DNA from: a virus
Lineage: Duplodnaviria > Caudoviricetes
Direction: 5' to 3' (one strand)
IMG/VR virus record: IMGVR_UViG_3300005611_000023
Coordinates: 1-61,726 of that record
DNA: 61,726 bases
The notes beneath the pieces are model-generated. The model was given only the letters and a program-made list of their open reading frames with translations. It did not search any database and was not told the DNA's origin. Shown here piece by piece: positions 9,094 to 18,792 of the stretch (position 1 is the first letter of the stretch; every line of letters starts with the position of its first letter). The position numbers were made by a program, and so were the translations under genes.

Positions 9094-11010
9094 ATGGCCA
9101 GTTCATATAGTGATAATTTAAAGCTACAGCTTATGGCGACCGGCGAAAACGCTGGTACATGGGGTAGTGTAACGAACGTTAACTTGGGTACAGCCCTTGA
9201 GGAAGCTCTCGGTGGTACTGTTGATGTTACTTTCGCTAGTGGCACAGTTACGCTGAGCGCGGCTGACGATAACACTACCCAACAATATCGCCATATGCGG
9301 TTGAATCTGACTGGTACCTCTGGTGGGGCGCAAGATTTAGTAGTACCCGCTGTTGAGAAGGTCTACATCGTAAACAACGGTTGTGCGGATGCAATCACCA
9401 TTAAGGTCACTGGCCAAACTGGTGTCGCTGTCCCAGCCGGTAAGACGATGTTTGTCTACAACAATGGTACTGACTGTGTGGATGCGGTGACTCACCTCTC
9501 GTCGTTAACACTTGGTAGTCCTCTGGCTGTAGCTCAAGGTGGTACAGGCTCAACAACAGCTACGTTCTCTGGTGCAAATATCACATCTCTGAACGCTTCA
9601 AACATCTCTGCGGGCACTCTAGCCAACGCACGTACAACGGCGTCTTCAGCCAACGGTGCGTCTACTATTGTATCTCGGGATGCTTCTGGGGATTTTGCGG
9701 GTAGCACTATTACAGCTACTACAGGATTCAGCGGACCGGGGGGAAGCCTCACTGGGTTAAACGCCTCAAACGTTTCCGCGGGTACGTTAGCAACCGCTCG
9801 CCTAGACGCTTCATCTGCCAACGGCGCATCTACCGTTGTACAACGTGATGCTTCTGGTGACTTTGCTGGTAATGCAATCACGGGCGTTTCTTTCAGTGGT
9901 TCAGGTGCTTCCCTTACTTCCTTGAACGCGTCCAACGTATCAGCAGGTACACTCGCTAACGCACGTACAACAGCAGCCTCGGCTAACGGCGCCTCTACAA
10001 TTGTGGCCCGCGATGCAACAGGTAATTTTGCCGGTAACGCTATTACAGGTGTTACGTTTAGCGGTTCAGGTGCTTCCCTTACCTCGTTAAATGCTTCAAA
10101 CGTCTCGGCGGGTACGTTAGCAAACGCACGTACAACAGCAGCCTCGGCTAACGGTGCTTCTACAATTGTGGCCCGTGATGCGTCAGGTAATTTCTCCGCA
10201 GGAACTATCACCGCAGCTTTATCTGGTAACGCTTCTACCGCCTCCGCATGGGCGACGGGGCGTACCATCAGCTTAACTGGCGATGTAACTGGTACCTCTG
10301 GGTCTTTTGACGGCTCTGGTAACTTGTCGTTCTCTACATCTTTAGCTACGGATTCCGTTGCCGCTAACGAAATAGCATCAAATGCTGTTGGCGCGGATGA
10401 GCTTAACGTCACAGGGAACGGGACAACCTCTCAATTCTTACGCTCCGATGGCGACGGTAGCTTTACTTGGGCTGTACCTACTGATACCGATACAACCTAC
10501 TCAGCGGGTAGCGGCCTTGATCTAACTGGTACAACTTTCTCGGTAGAGCCTGACCTTCGTGATGGAATTACTCACATTGGTTTGGATTCTGGTGATTACA
10601 TCGGTTGGACGAACAACTCCCACACATCTTTCTTTGTGAACGGTGGCGAAGAAGCTCGCTTAGAGGCGGATGGCGACTTCCACGCTGACGGTGACGTTAT
10701 CGCCTACTCAACAACAATTTCTGACGAACGCCTCAAGACAAACATTGTCGGCATCGAGAACGCTGTTGCAAAAGTAAGCCAACTCAACGGCTATACCTTT
10801 GAGTACAAGGCGGACGGCAAAGTTTCCGCGGGTGTGATTGCCCAAGAAGTAGAGAAGGTTCTACCTGAAGCAGTTACAGAGAAGCTGTTGCCACTCAAGA
10901 CAGACGATGGCCAAGAATACAAAGTTGTCAACTACGATGCGCTCCACGGTCTTTTGATCGAAGCGGTTAAGGAGCTTTCTGCTCGGGTCGAAGCACTTGA
11001 GGGCAAGTAA
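9094..11010 (+). CDS. Tail fibre with C-terminal intramolecular chaperone (peptidase S74-type)
   Basis: C-terminal SDERLKTNI...GVIAQEVE...LLIEAVKEL; internal 55-aa repeats. Confidence 0.85.
   Translation: MASSYSDNLKLQLMATGENAGTWGSVTNVNLGTALEEALGGTVDVTFASGTVTLSAADDNTTQQYRHMRLNLTGTSGGAQDLVVPAVEKVYIVNNGCADAITIKVTGQTGVAVPAGKTMFVYNNGTDCVDAVTHLSSLTLGSPLAVAQGGTGSTTATFSGANITSLNASNISAGTLANARTTASSANGASTIVSRDASGDFAGSTITATTGFSGPGGSLTGLNASNVSAGTLATARLDASSANGASTVVQRDASGDFAGNAITGVSFSGSGASLTSLNASNVSAGTLANARTTAASANGASTIVARDATGNFAGNAITGVTFSGSGASLTSLNASNVSAGTLANARTTAASANGASTIVARDASGNFSAGTITAALSGNASTASAWATGRTISLTGDVTGTSGSFDGSGNLSFSTSLATDSVAANEIASNAVGADELNVTGNGTTSQFLRSDGDGSFTWAVPTDTDTTYSAGSGLDLTGTTFSVEPDLRDGITHIGLDSGDYIGWTNNSHTSFFVNGGEEARLEADGDFHADGDVIAYSTTISDERLKTNIVGIENAVAKVSQLNGYTFEYKADGKVSAGVIAQEVEKVLPEAVTEKLLPLKTDDGQEYKVVNYDALHGLLIEAVKELSARVEALEGK
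9571..10230 (+). repeat. Four tandem ~165-bp (55-aa) repeats in tail fibre shaft
   Basis: LNASNVSAGTLANARTT..SANGASTIV.RDA.G x4; TCAGGTGCTTCCCTTAC at 9901 and 10066 (period 165); boundaries approximate. Confidence 0.9.
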
Positions 11011-11988
11011 ATGGCACTTCCGGGTTCGGGCCAATTATCGCTAAGCGACATCCAGACTGAGTTCGGTGGGTCAAACCCCATTGGACTATCTGAGTATTAT
11101 TCCGCTGCCGCTGGGGTTCCGTCTTCCGGTGAGATTTCTATTGCTGACTTTTATGGCACCTCCAACGCTCAGTATATCGCTGCCACAGGCGGCTCTATTA
11201 CTACTGACGGTGATTTTAAAGTACATACTTTCACTTCTTCTGGCACTTTTACTGTGTCCAATGCTGGTAATGCTGCGGGTAACAATGTCCTTGAATACTT
11301 AATCATCGCGGGGGGCGGCGGTGGCGGTGGCCGGTTCGCTTCTGGCGGCGGTGGCGCAGGAGGCTATCGAACAGCTTCAGGCGTTACAGTAAGTGTTACG
11401 GGTTATACCGTTACTGTGGGTGGTGGTGGCGCTGGTGGACCCGGTGGTTCAGGTGGCGACTGGGGCTCTAACGGCGTTGATTCTAGTGTTTTTGGTGTTA
11501 CTTCTACTGGCGGCGGTGGCGGAGGCGCAGGCGGTTCTTCTAACCCTTCTGGCCGTGTAGGTGGCTCTGGAGGCGGCGGCTCCTATAATGGTTCCGGTGC
11601 GGCGGGTACAGCGGGGCAAGGTAATGCTGGAGCTAGTGGTACTACATCTGGTACACCACGAGGCGGTGGCGGTGGTGGCGCGGGTGGCGCGGGTAATGCT
11701 AACGATGGCGGAACAGGCGGTGAAGGTGGTGATGGGTCTTATTCATCAATTACTGGTAGTTCTGTAGGCCGTGCAGGTGGTGGCGGTGGCGGTTCAGACG
11801 GTAGTGGGTATGGCCCTGCATCAGAAGGTGGTGGCGTTGGTGGATACCGCTACCCAATTACTGCAGGAACTGGTGGTACAGCTAATACTGGCGGTGGCGG
11901 CGGCGGAGCACCGGGAGGTGGCGCAACTATTCCCGGTGGTCCCGGCGGTTCTGGCGTTGTCATCATCCGCTACAAGTTTCAGAATTGA
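11011..11988 (+). CDS. Gly-rich virion protein, copy A
   Basis: 325 aa with GGGGG runs; ends VVIIRYKFQN. Confidence 0.8.
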   Translation: MALPGSGQLSLSDIQTEFGGSNPIGLSEYYSAAAGVPSSGEISIADFYGTSNAQYIAATGGSITTDGDFKVHTFTSSGTFTVSNAGNAAGNNVLEYLIIAGGGGGGGRFASGGGGAGGYRTASGVTVSVTGYTVTVGGGGAGGPGGSGGDWGSNGVDSSVFGVTSTGGGGGGAGGSSNPSGRVGGSGGGGSYNGSGAAGTAGQGNAGASGTTSGTPRGGGGGGAGGAGNANDGGTGGEGGDGSYSSITGSSVGRAGGGGGGSDGSGYGPASEGGGVGGYRYPITAGTGGTANTGGGGGGAPGGGATIPGGPGGSGVVIIRYKFQN

Positions 11989-11996
11989 GGTATTAG

Positions 11997-12362
11997 ATGG
12001 CTCATTTCGCGCAAATAAATAACTCTGGTATCGTGCTGAACGTAGTAGTAGTTGCTAACGAAGACATATTGGACGACAACGGAGTTGAATCCGAAGCAGT
12101 GGGCATTGAGTTTTGTAAGTCTCTATTTGGAGAGGCCACTGACTGGGTGCAGACCAGCTATAACGGTAATTTCAGGAAAAGATTTGCTGGGGTAGGGTAC
12201 AAGTATGACAAGCACTACGATGCTTTTATCCCCCCTAGACCATATTTGTCATGGGTGTTTAATAAAGACACTTTATTGTGGGAAGCCCCAATTCCTTATC
12301 CCGCTGAGGATAAAAGATATTACTGGGATGATACGGCTGGTACTTGGGTGGAGGATAAATAA
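11997..12362 (+). CDS. Partner of Gly-rich protein, copy A
   Basis: MAHFAQI...QTSYNGNFRKRFAG...W-rich C-terminus. Confidence 0.8.
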   Translation: MAHFAQINNSGIVLNVVVVANEDILDDNGVESEAVGIEFCKSLFGEATDWVQTSYNGNFRKRFAGVGYKYDKHYDAFIPPRPYLSWVFNKDTLLWEAPIPYPAEDKRYYWDDTAGTWVEDK

Positions 12363-13306
12363 TGGCACTTCCGGGTTCGGGACAGCTCTCCCTTAGTGAC
12401 ATCCAGACTGAGTTTGGTGGATCTAATCCTATCGCGCTTTCTGAGTATTATGATGCCGCTGCAGGAATACCTGCGTCTGGCGAGATTACTATTTCTGACT
12501 TCTACGGTACCTCCGCTGCCGAATATGTTGCCGCCACAGGCGGTACTATTACTACTGTTGGGGATTACAAATACCACACGTTTACGGGCAACGGCACCTT
12601 TACTGTAACTAATGCGGGTAATGCCGCAGGGTCAAACACAATTGACTATATTGTCGTTGCTGGCGGTGGGGCTGGCGGTGCTGATTTGGGTGGCGGTGGC
12701 GGTGCAGGTGGCATGCTTACCTCCACTGGGTATTCTGTGTCCGTACAAGGATATTCTATTACTATTGGCGCGGGCGCGGCAGGAGTAAGAACCCGGGCAA
12801 ACGGTAACGACGGTTCAAGCTCATCTGGGTTTGGGGTTAGCCCCACAGGTGGTGGCGGTGGTGGTCGAGTAAACGGCACAGCCGGAAATGTTGGAGGCTC
12901 TGGCGGTGGCGGCGGTTCTAACGATGGAACTGGCGGAGCAGGGACTTCCGGTCAAGGTAACTCAGGCGGAACTAACCGAGGCGGTGGTGGCGGAAAAGGC
13001 CAAACCGGATTCAATGGCGTTGGAGGAAACGGCGGCACTGGCGGCGATGGCGGCGATGGCTCTACTTGGTTAAACGGCACATATTATGCCGGAGGCGGTG
13101 GCGGTGCAGGCTATCGAAATACCGGCGGAACTGGCGGTCTTGGTGGCGGTGCAGATGGCTCCACTAATGCTGGCGAAGAAGTTGTTGATGGTGACGATGC
13201 TCCAGCTAATTTTGGCGGCGGCGGTGGCGGCGGAGGTATTAACAATACCCGAGGCGGTAACGGTGGATCAGGCGTTGTTATCGCCAGATACAAATTCCAA
13301 AATTGA
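12362..13306 (+). CDS. Gly-rich virion protein, copy B
   Basis: Same MALPGSGQLSLSDIQTEFGGSNPI start and RYKFQN end as 11011. Confidence 0.8.
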   Translation: MALPGSGQLSLSDIQTEFGGSNPIALSEYYDAAAGIPASGEITISDFYGTSAAEYVAATGGTITTVGDYKYHTFTGNGTFTVTNAGNAAGSNTIDYIVVAGGGAGGADLGGGGGAGGMLTSTGYSVSVQGYSITIGAGAAGVRTRANGNDGSSSSGFGVSPTGGGGGGRVNGTAGNVGGSGGGGGSNDGTGGAGTSGQGNSGGTNRGGGGGKGQTGFNGVGGNGGTGGDGGDGSTWLNGTYYAGGGGGAGYRNTGGTGGLGGGADGSTNAGEEVVDGDDAPANFGGGGGGGGINNTRGGNGGSGVVIARYKFQN

Positions 13307-13316
13307 GGTTAAATAA

Positions 13317-13688
13317 ATGGCTCATTTTGCAAAATTAGATGCTAATAACCAAGTTCTTGAAGTGAATGTTGTGAATAACGAAGATATTCTCGACGAGAAC
13401 GGTAATGAGTCTGAAGAAGTGGGTATAGCGTTTCTTACTGAGTGGTCTGGCGGGTATACAAACTGGAAACAGACTAGCTATAACGGGAATTTCCGGAAAA
13501 GATATGCTGCTGTTGGTGGTGTATACGACCAAACAAAAGACGCTTTTATAGACCCCCAACCGTTTTTATCGTGGGTTTTTAATACTGTAACTTTGGATTG
13601 GGAGTCTCCAGTGCCGTACCCAAATGACGGCAAAGTCTATAATTGGGACGAAACAACGCTACAATGGGTGGAGTACACCGAGGATTAA
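13317..13688 (+). CDS. Partner of Gly-rich protein, copy B
   Basis: MAHFAKL...QTSYNGNFRKRYAA; paralog of 11997. Confidence 0.8.
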   Translation: MAHFAKLDANNQVLEVNVVNNEDILDENGNESEEVGIAFLTEWSGGYTNWKQTSYNGNFRKRYAAVGGVYDQTKDAFIDPQPFLSWVFNTVTLDWESPVPYPNDGKVYNWDETTLQWVEYTED

Positions 13689-13690
13689 CT

Positions 13691-14842
13691 ATGGCTTCTA
13701 CATACTCAAGTAATTTAAAACTGCAGTTGATGACCACTGGTGAAAACAGCACTACGTGGGGAACTGTAACAAACACAAACCTTGGCACCGCCTTGGAAGA
13801 GGCTATTGTTGGGTCTGCCGATGTTACGTTTTCTAGCGGCAACGAGACAATTTCGCTGAGCAACTCTAATGCAACCCAAGCGGCTCGCCATATCCGGCTT
13901 AACTTAACTGGTACCACTGGTGGCTCTACACGCACGCTTACCGTGCCCGATGTGGAAAAAGTCTACATTGTTAATAATGCGTGCGCCGATGCTATCGAGG
14001 TTAAAAACTCTACAGGCTCAAATGTGTCCGTCCCGGCTGGCACAAGCACTTGGGTGTATTCTACTGGGTCTAACGTAGTAGACGTAGTTACGTCTCTTAC
14101 AGCTCTTTCAGTAGGCGGTAGTAATGTAGCCACGCTTAGCGCGACCCAGACGCTGACTAATAAGACTTTAACTGCGCCCACAATCAACGATGGCGCGTTA
14201 GGCGCAAATACTACGGCGACTACCCAGTCTACTGGCGATAATACAACTAAGATAGCTACTACAGCGTATGTCGCACAGGAAATAGCTACGGAGCACGTAG
14301 ATACTACACAACTTGTAGACGGCGCAGTTACTACGGCCAAGATTGAAGATGACGCGATTACCGCTGCTAAGATTGGGGACAATGAGGTTGGGGCCGCTGC
14401 ACTTAATATAAGCGGCAATGGAACCGCAGGGCAGGTAGTGTTGTCAGATGGAGATGGTTCGTTTTCTTACGGGGCAAACAATACCTATTCTGACTCAAAC
14501 GTTAACGCTCTTTTTAGTGTCACTGGTTCCGCCCCCATATTCGCCGCTCGTGCGTGGGCTAGGTTCGACGGTACTGAAGATGCAGCCATTAACTCTTCCG
14601 GAAACATAGCTAGTATTTCTAGAACCACTGCTGGACAGTACACGGTTACGTTTACTACAGCTATGCCCGATACAGATTACGCATTTATAGCGCGTGTTAA
14701 TGGGGTTGAGAATGGAGAGGGGCGCGAGTACCAAGCCTATGCTACAACTCGTAATACCGGGTCTGTGGTTATACATTGTATGCGGGAAGAAAGTGAAAAC
14801 TATGTAGATGCAAACGATATTTCGTTTGTGATCTTTCGATAA
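13691..14842 (+). CDS. Second tail fibre/spike sharing N-terminal anchor with 9094
   Basis: MASTYSSNLKLQLMTTGEN..TWG.VTN.NLGTALEEA matches the 9094 N-terminus; different C-terminal domain; start after GAGG RBS. Confidence 0.75.
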   Translation: MASTYSSNLKLQLMTTGENSTTWGTVTNTNLGTALEEAIVGSADVTFSSGNETISLSNSNATQAARHIRLNLTGTTGGSTRTLTVPDVEKVYIVNNACADAIEVKNSTGSNVSVPAGTSTWVYSTGSNVVDVVTSLTALSVGGSNVATLSATQTLTNKTLTAPTINDGALGANTTATTQSTGDNTTKIATTAYVAQEIATEHVDTTQLVDGAVTTAKIEDDAITAAKIGDNEVGAAALNISGNGTAGQVVLSDGDGSFSYGANNTYSDSNVNALFSVTGSAPIFAARAWARFDGTEDAAINSSGNIASISRTTAGQYTVTFTTAMPDTDYAFIARVNGVENGEGREYQAYATTRNTGSVVIHCMREESENYVDANDISFVIFR

Positions 14843-14857
14843 CTCTAGGAGGCGGCT

Positions 14858-15070
14858 ATGCCTATTACAGAAGCACATAAATTGGATGACGGTACAACCG
14901 TTGTTAAAACTGAGGCCGTCACTACTTGCAAAAACTGTGGTGAGGAAGTCGATGAGCAGGAGCAGGCGAACGATACCTGTTTCAACTGCGGCGAGCCGCT
15001 CAACTTAAAAACCTCAGTTTCTGTTTGGGCTACAAGCCGCCCAGCAGGGGGCAAGACTTTAGGGCAGTGA
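14858..15070 (+). CDS. Small Zn-ribbon protein
   Basis: CKNC...CFNC; AGGAGG RBS. Confidence 0.7.
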   Translation: MPITEAHKLDDGTTVVKTEAVTTCKNCGEEVDEQEQANDTCFNCGEPLNLKTSVSVWATSRPAGGKTLGQ

Positions 15071-15071
15071 G

Positions 15072-15521
15072 ATGATCTTTGAAGCCATTGCCGCCATCAA
15101 GATAGCCAATGAAGCGATTGGTGCTATCAAAGAGTTTGCCGGTCATGTCAATTCTGTTGGCGAGATGGGTAAGGATCTAACCAAACTGGCTGATGCAAAG
15201 GAAGAACTCCAGAAGTCAGCCGCCGAAGGTGACATGGAGGCGTTTTGGTGTCTCGAAGACATCAAGAGACATGAAGCTGAAGTCAAACGTCAATTTATCT
15301 ACGCGGGACGCCCCGGCCTTTGGGATGACTACTGCACTTTCATAGCTAACCGCAAACAGATGCGGGAGAATGAGCGGAAGCGTGAAGAAGCTAAAAAGTT
15401 GGCTAGAAAAAAAGCCATACAGAATGGATTTTTGTATGTGGCTATTGGCATTGCTGTGCTCGGTGTTGTGGGCGGGGCCGTGGCCTTACTACTGTGGCTT
15501 ATTAGTCTTAAAGGTACTTAG
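15072..15521 (+). CDS. Membrane-anchored protein in lysis region
   Basis: Coiled-coil then long C-terminal hydrophobic helix. Confidence 0.65.
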   Translation: MIFEAIAAIKIANEAIGAIKEFAGHVNSVGEMGKDLTKLADAKEELQKSAAEGDMEAFWCLEDIKRHEAEVKRQFIYAGRPGLWDDYCTFIANRKQMRENERKREEAKKLARKKAIQNGFLYVAIGIAVLGVVGGAVALLLWLISLKGT

Positions 15522-15524
15522 TGA

Positions 15525-15731
15525 ATGAGCGCGTTCGTCTCAGCCTTCAGTCCCGTATATCTGCTCTCAAACGTGACCTATCCCGTAACAGAGACGCAGA
15601 TTTCAGCCCGGGAAGTGGGCAAAGACGGCTCGCCGCAGCCATCGAGAGAATTGAAAGTAGAATCAATTACTTACGACCAACGTGGCCACGTGGTTATGAA
15701 CCAGAACTACACCGTGGAGATATGGATATGA
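15525..15731 (+). CDS. Hypothetical protein (68 aa)
   Basis: ATG follows upstream stop; its TGA overlaps ATG 15728. Confidence 0.5.
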   Translation: MSAFVSAFSPVYLLSNVTYPVTETQISAREVGKDGSPQPSRELKVESITYDQRGHVVMNQNYTVEIWI

Positions 15732-16048
15732 CGGAAGAAATGCAAAAGTACGACCTCAACGGCGATGGGGTGCTGGATGAACAAGAACGCAGAATCATGT
15801 TGGAAGACATGCGCCGCAAGATGGAAGACGAGGACGCCCAGCGTGATTCGATCCGTAAGATGGCTTGGTTTGCTCTTATTGGTCTTCTACTGTATCCATT
15901 TGGGATTTTTCTTGCTGATGCCTTCGCTATGGGTACTGCCGCACAACTAATTGCTGACATCGCTCCGACTTACTTTGCGTCTATTGCCGTATTAGTAAGC
16001 GCCTTCTTCGGTGCGTCAGCTCTCTCAGGTAAGAAGAAAGGTGAATAG
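15728..16048 (+). CDS. EF-hand plus 2-TM membrane protein (holin/antiholin-like)
   Basis: GGAGA RBS; DLNGDGVLDEQE canonical EF-hand loop; two TM helices; basic tail. Confidence 0.65.
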   Translation: MTEEMQKYDLNGDGVLDEQERRIMLEDMRRKMEDEDAQRDSIRKMAWFALIGLLLYPFGIFLADAFAMGTAAQLIADIAPTYFASIAVLVSAFFGASALSGKKKGE

Positions 16049-16050
16049 CC

Positions 16051-16431
16051 ATGCTTAATATGTTACTAGGTCCAGCCCTTGAGCTAGGCAAAGACTTTAT
16101 TAAAGGGAAGGCTGAAGAGAAAAAAGCAATTCAGCAAGCCAAGATCAACAAGATAAACAACGATGCTAACTGGGAAGCATCTATGGCTGACGCTACGAAG
16201 TCGTCTTGGAAGGATGAATGGTTCAGTTTGATCCTTAGCGCACCCCTTATTGCTGTGGCGTACAGCGTGGCAATGGACGATCAAGCTATTATTACTCGTA
16301 TGGATGAGGCGTTTAGTGCGCTCAATTCTTTACCGGAATGGTACCAGTATCTATTATTTATTGCGGTCAGCGCGTCATTTGGCGTTAAGGGCGCAGATAA
16401 ACTCATGGCTATGAAGAAGGGTAAATCATGA
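16051..16431 (+). CDS. Holin-like membrane protein
   Basis: SWKDEW + TM + LPEWYQY + TM + SFG motif; directly upstream of lysozyme. Confidence 0.7.
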   Translation: MLNMLLGPALELGKDFIKGKAEEKKAIQQAKINKINNDANWEASMADATKSSWKDEWFSLILSAPLIAVAYSVAMDDQAIITRMDEAFSALNSLPEWYQYLLFIAVSASFGVKGADKLMAMKKGKS

Positions 16432-16874
16432 TGAATATCGATCAGCTACGCATGGAGCTTGAGTACGACGAAGGCTGCAAGTACGAGATTTATTTGGACC
16501 ACCTAGGTCTTCCTACGTTTGGCATCGGCCACTTGGTGACAGAAGATGATCCTGAACACGGCCAAGAAGTTGGCACGCCCATCGAAGAAGCTCGTGTAAT
16601 CGAGGTGTTTGAGAAAGATGTCGAAGTAACCATTGGCGAGTGCAAGAAGCTCTATGACGACTGGGATGACCTGCCTGAAGAAGTGCAGTTAATCATCGCA
16701 AACATGATGTTTAATATGGGCCGACCTCGTTTGAGCCAGTTCAAAGGAATGAAGCGCGGCGTAGATGCTCGTGACTGGAACGCTGCTGCTGATGAAATGG
16801 TTGACTCTAAGTGGTACCGTCAGGTTACTAACCGCGCAGATCGTCTTGTAACGCGGATGCGTAACGTCGCGTAA
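16428..16874 (+). CDS. Endolysin, T4-type lysozyme (GH24)
   Basis: E-x8-D-x5-T catalytic triad (EGCKYEIYLDHLGLPT), GIGHL, MMFNMG, SKWYRQVTNRA. Confidence 0.9.
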   Translation: MMNIDQLRMELEYDEGCKYEIYLDHLGLPTFGIGHLVTEDDPEHGQEVGTPIEEARVIEVFEKDVEVTIGECKKLYDDWDDLPEEVQLIIANMMFNMGRPRLSQFKGMKRGVDARDWNAAADEMVDSKWYRQVTNRADRLVTRMRNVA

Positions 16875-16884
16875 GGAGTGGGCC

Positions 16885-18792
16885 ATGCCACTAATCAAAC
16901 TGCAGTTCAAGCCGGGGATTAACCGGGACCAAACCAACTACACTAACGAGGGTGGTTGGTGGGACTGCGATAAAGTGCGGTTCCGAGCTGGGTTCCCACA
17001 GAAGATTGGTGGCTGGCAGAAATACACCCCGACAGCGTTTCTTGGCGTCTGTCGGCAGATGCTTAACTGGGTTACTACCTTTGCTGATAATTTCCTTGCG
17101 TTAGGCACGAACAACAAAGTCTATATCGAGGCCGGTGGTGAGTATTACGACATCACCCCACTCCGTGCGACTTTCTCCTCGACTGATACAGATAACTGTT
17201 TTGATACTACTAATACGTCCGCTGATGTCACTGTAAACATCACAGGGCACGGTGCTAACGATGGAGACTACGTCACTTTTTCCGGTTCTACTGCTATTGG
17301 TGGTATTCCTGCTGATGAGATCAATGCAGAGCATGTGGTTCAGCTCATCGATGCTAATAGCTTCGTTATTACTGTTACTACAGCAGCTACATCTGATGTG
17401 AGTGGTGGCGGCGGTACAAGCATAGAAGCTGAGTTCCAAATCGAACCCGGCAACCGTGCTACCACTCTTGGTTATGGCTGGGGTACAGGTACATGGGGCC
17501 GGGGGGTCTGGGGGCTTGGTTCTACTGCGCCAGTGGATCTGCCACAACGTGACTGGTGGTTTGGTAACTTTGATAACGACCTTGTGATGAACATCCGCAA
17601 CGGTGCCCCTTACTACTGGCAACGTGGGTCTACTATTGCTCCAGATACTTCTCTTGCTACTCGGGCTATCACACTACAGGCGCTGGCAACTGCCGAGGGT
17701 AACGATCCTAACGACGTACCAGTAAAAGTCATGCAGTTACTTGTGTCTCAGAACGACCGGCACTTATTGGCGTTCGGTGCCGTACCTTATGGCTCTACTG
17801 ATGAAGCGGACTTTGATCCATTGTTGATTCGTTGGGCTAGCCAAGACGAGCCTAGTCAGTGGGAACCGCTTGTAACTAACAGCGCAGGGTTTATTCGTGT
17901 ATCTCGCGGTTCGCGTATTGTGCGAGCGTTACCAACTCGTCAGGAAATCTTAGTCTTCACCGATACTAACTTATTTACCTTACAGTTCCTTGGCACTACC
18001 GATGTATTTGGTTTGCAGGAATACGCTGACAATATCTCTGTTATGTCGCCTCGTTCGCTCGTCGCTACAAACGACGTAGTTTTCTGGATGGGTAAAGACA
18101 AGTTCTATGTGTATACAGGTCGGGTCGAAACTTTGGCCTGTACAGTGCGCGACTTCGTGTTCAATGATATTGACACTGACCAATCTGACCAGATCATCTG
18201 CGGTACAAATGAGCAGTGGAACGAGGTTTGGTGGTTCTACCCTAGCGTCAGCGGCGGCAATAACTGGAACGACCGGTATGTGGTGTTTAACTACCAAGAG
18301 AAGGTCTGGTACTACGGTTCCCTTGAGCGCACCGCGTGGCTAGATACCCCATTGCGTGACCACCCACAAGCGGCGTTAACTGGAGCAGATGATACTTCAG
18401 GTAACATATACGACCACGAGATTGGGTTGGACGACGATGGATCAGCAATGACCGCGTACATTGAGTCTAGTGATTTTGACTTGCAGGACGGCGAAGCATT
18501 TATGCTCACTCGTCGGATTATTCCTGACATTAAGTTTACGGACTCCACTGCGGCTGCACCTTCAGCTAGTTTGCAGGTTAAACCCCGTAACTTCCCCGGT
18601 AGTGGATACCAGAACAGCGGCGATACCGACACTAAGAATGTTGTTGAGTCCGCTGTCGATGTGTATACAAACCAAGTGTTTATCCGCGCACGTGCTCGTC
18701 AGATGGCGTTGAAGGTGCAGTCAGATGCGACTGGTGTTATGTGGCGGCTTGGTTCCCCACGTTTGGACGGCAGATCGGATGGTAGACGCTAA
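16885..18792 (+). CDS. Tail/head-closure (P22 gp10-like/nozzle) protein
   Basis: 635 aa beta-rich with IRWASQD, FWMG, EVWWFYP motifs; precedes ejection proteins. Confidence 0.6.
   Translation: MPLIKLQFKPGINRDQTNYTNEGGWWDCDKVRFRAGFPQKIGGWQKYTPTAFLGVCRQMLNWVTTFADNFLALGTNNKVYIEAGGEYYDITPLRATFSSTDTDNCFDTTNTSADVTVNITGHGANDGDYVTFSGSTAIGGIPADEINAEHVVQLIDANSFVITVTTAATSDVSGGGGTSIEAEFQIEPGNRATTLGYGWGTGTWGRGVWGLGSTAPVDLPQRDWWFGNFDNDLVMNIRNGAPYYWQRGSTIAPDTSLATRAITLQALATAEGNDPNDVPVKVMQLLVSQNDRHLLAFGAVPYGSTDEADFDPLLIRWASQDEPSQWEPLVTNSAGFIRVSRGSRIVRALPTRQEILVFTDTNLFTLQFLGTTDVFGLQEYADNISVMSPRSLVATNDVVFWMGKDKFYVYTGRVETLACTVRDFVFNDIDTDQSDQIICGTNEQWNEVWWFYPSVSGGNNWNDRYVVFNYQEKVWYYGSLERTAWLDTPLRDHPQAALTGADDTSGNIYDHEIGLDDDGSAMTAYIESSDFDLQDGEAFMLTRRIIPDIKFTDSTAAAPSASLQVKPRNFPGSGYQNSGDTDTKNVVESAVDVYTNQVFIRARARQMALKVQSDATGVMWRLGSPRLDGRSDGRR

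Noticed and set aside
9534-10412. Long antisense ORFs (e.g. 9534..10412, 25701..26303, 48989..49681)
   Set aside because: Shadows of biased codon usage in the sense genes, with no RBS or protein-like features
11011-14842. Diversity-generating retroelement or invertase-driven fibre switching
   Set aside because: No reverse transcriptase or recombinase, all copies are co-oriented, and I saw no adenine-specific TR/VR pair
15521-15727. N-terminal extension of the 175-aa ORF 15521..16048
   Set aside because: Better explained as ORF 15525..15731 plus a start at 15728 with a GGAGA RBS and ATGA coupling
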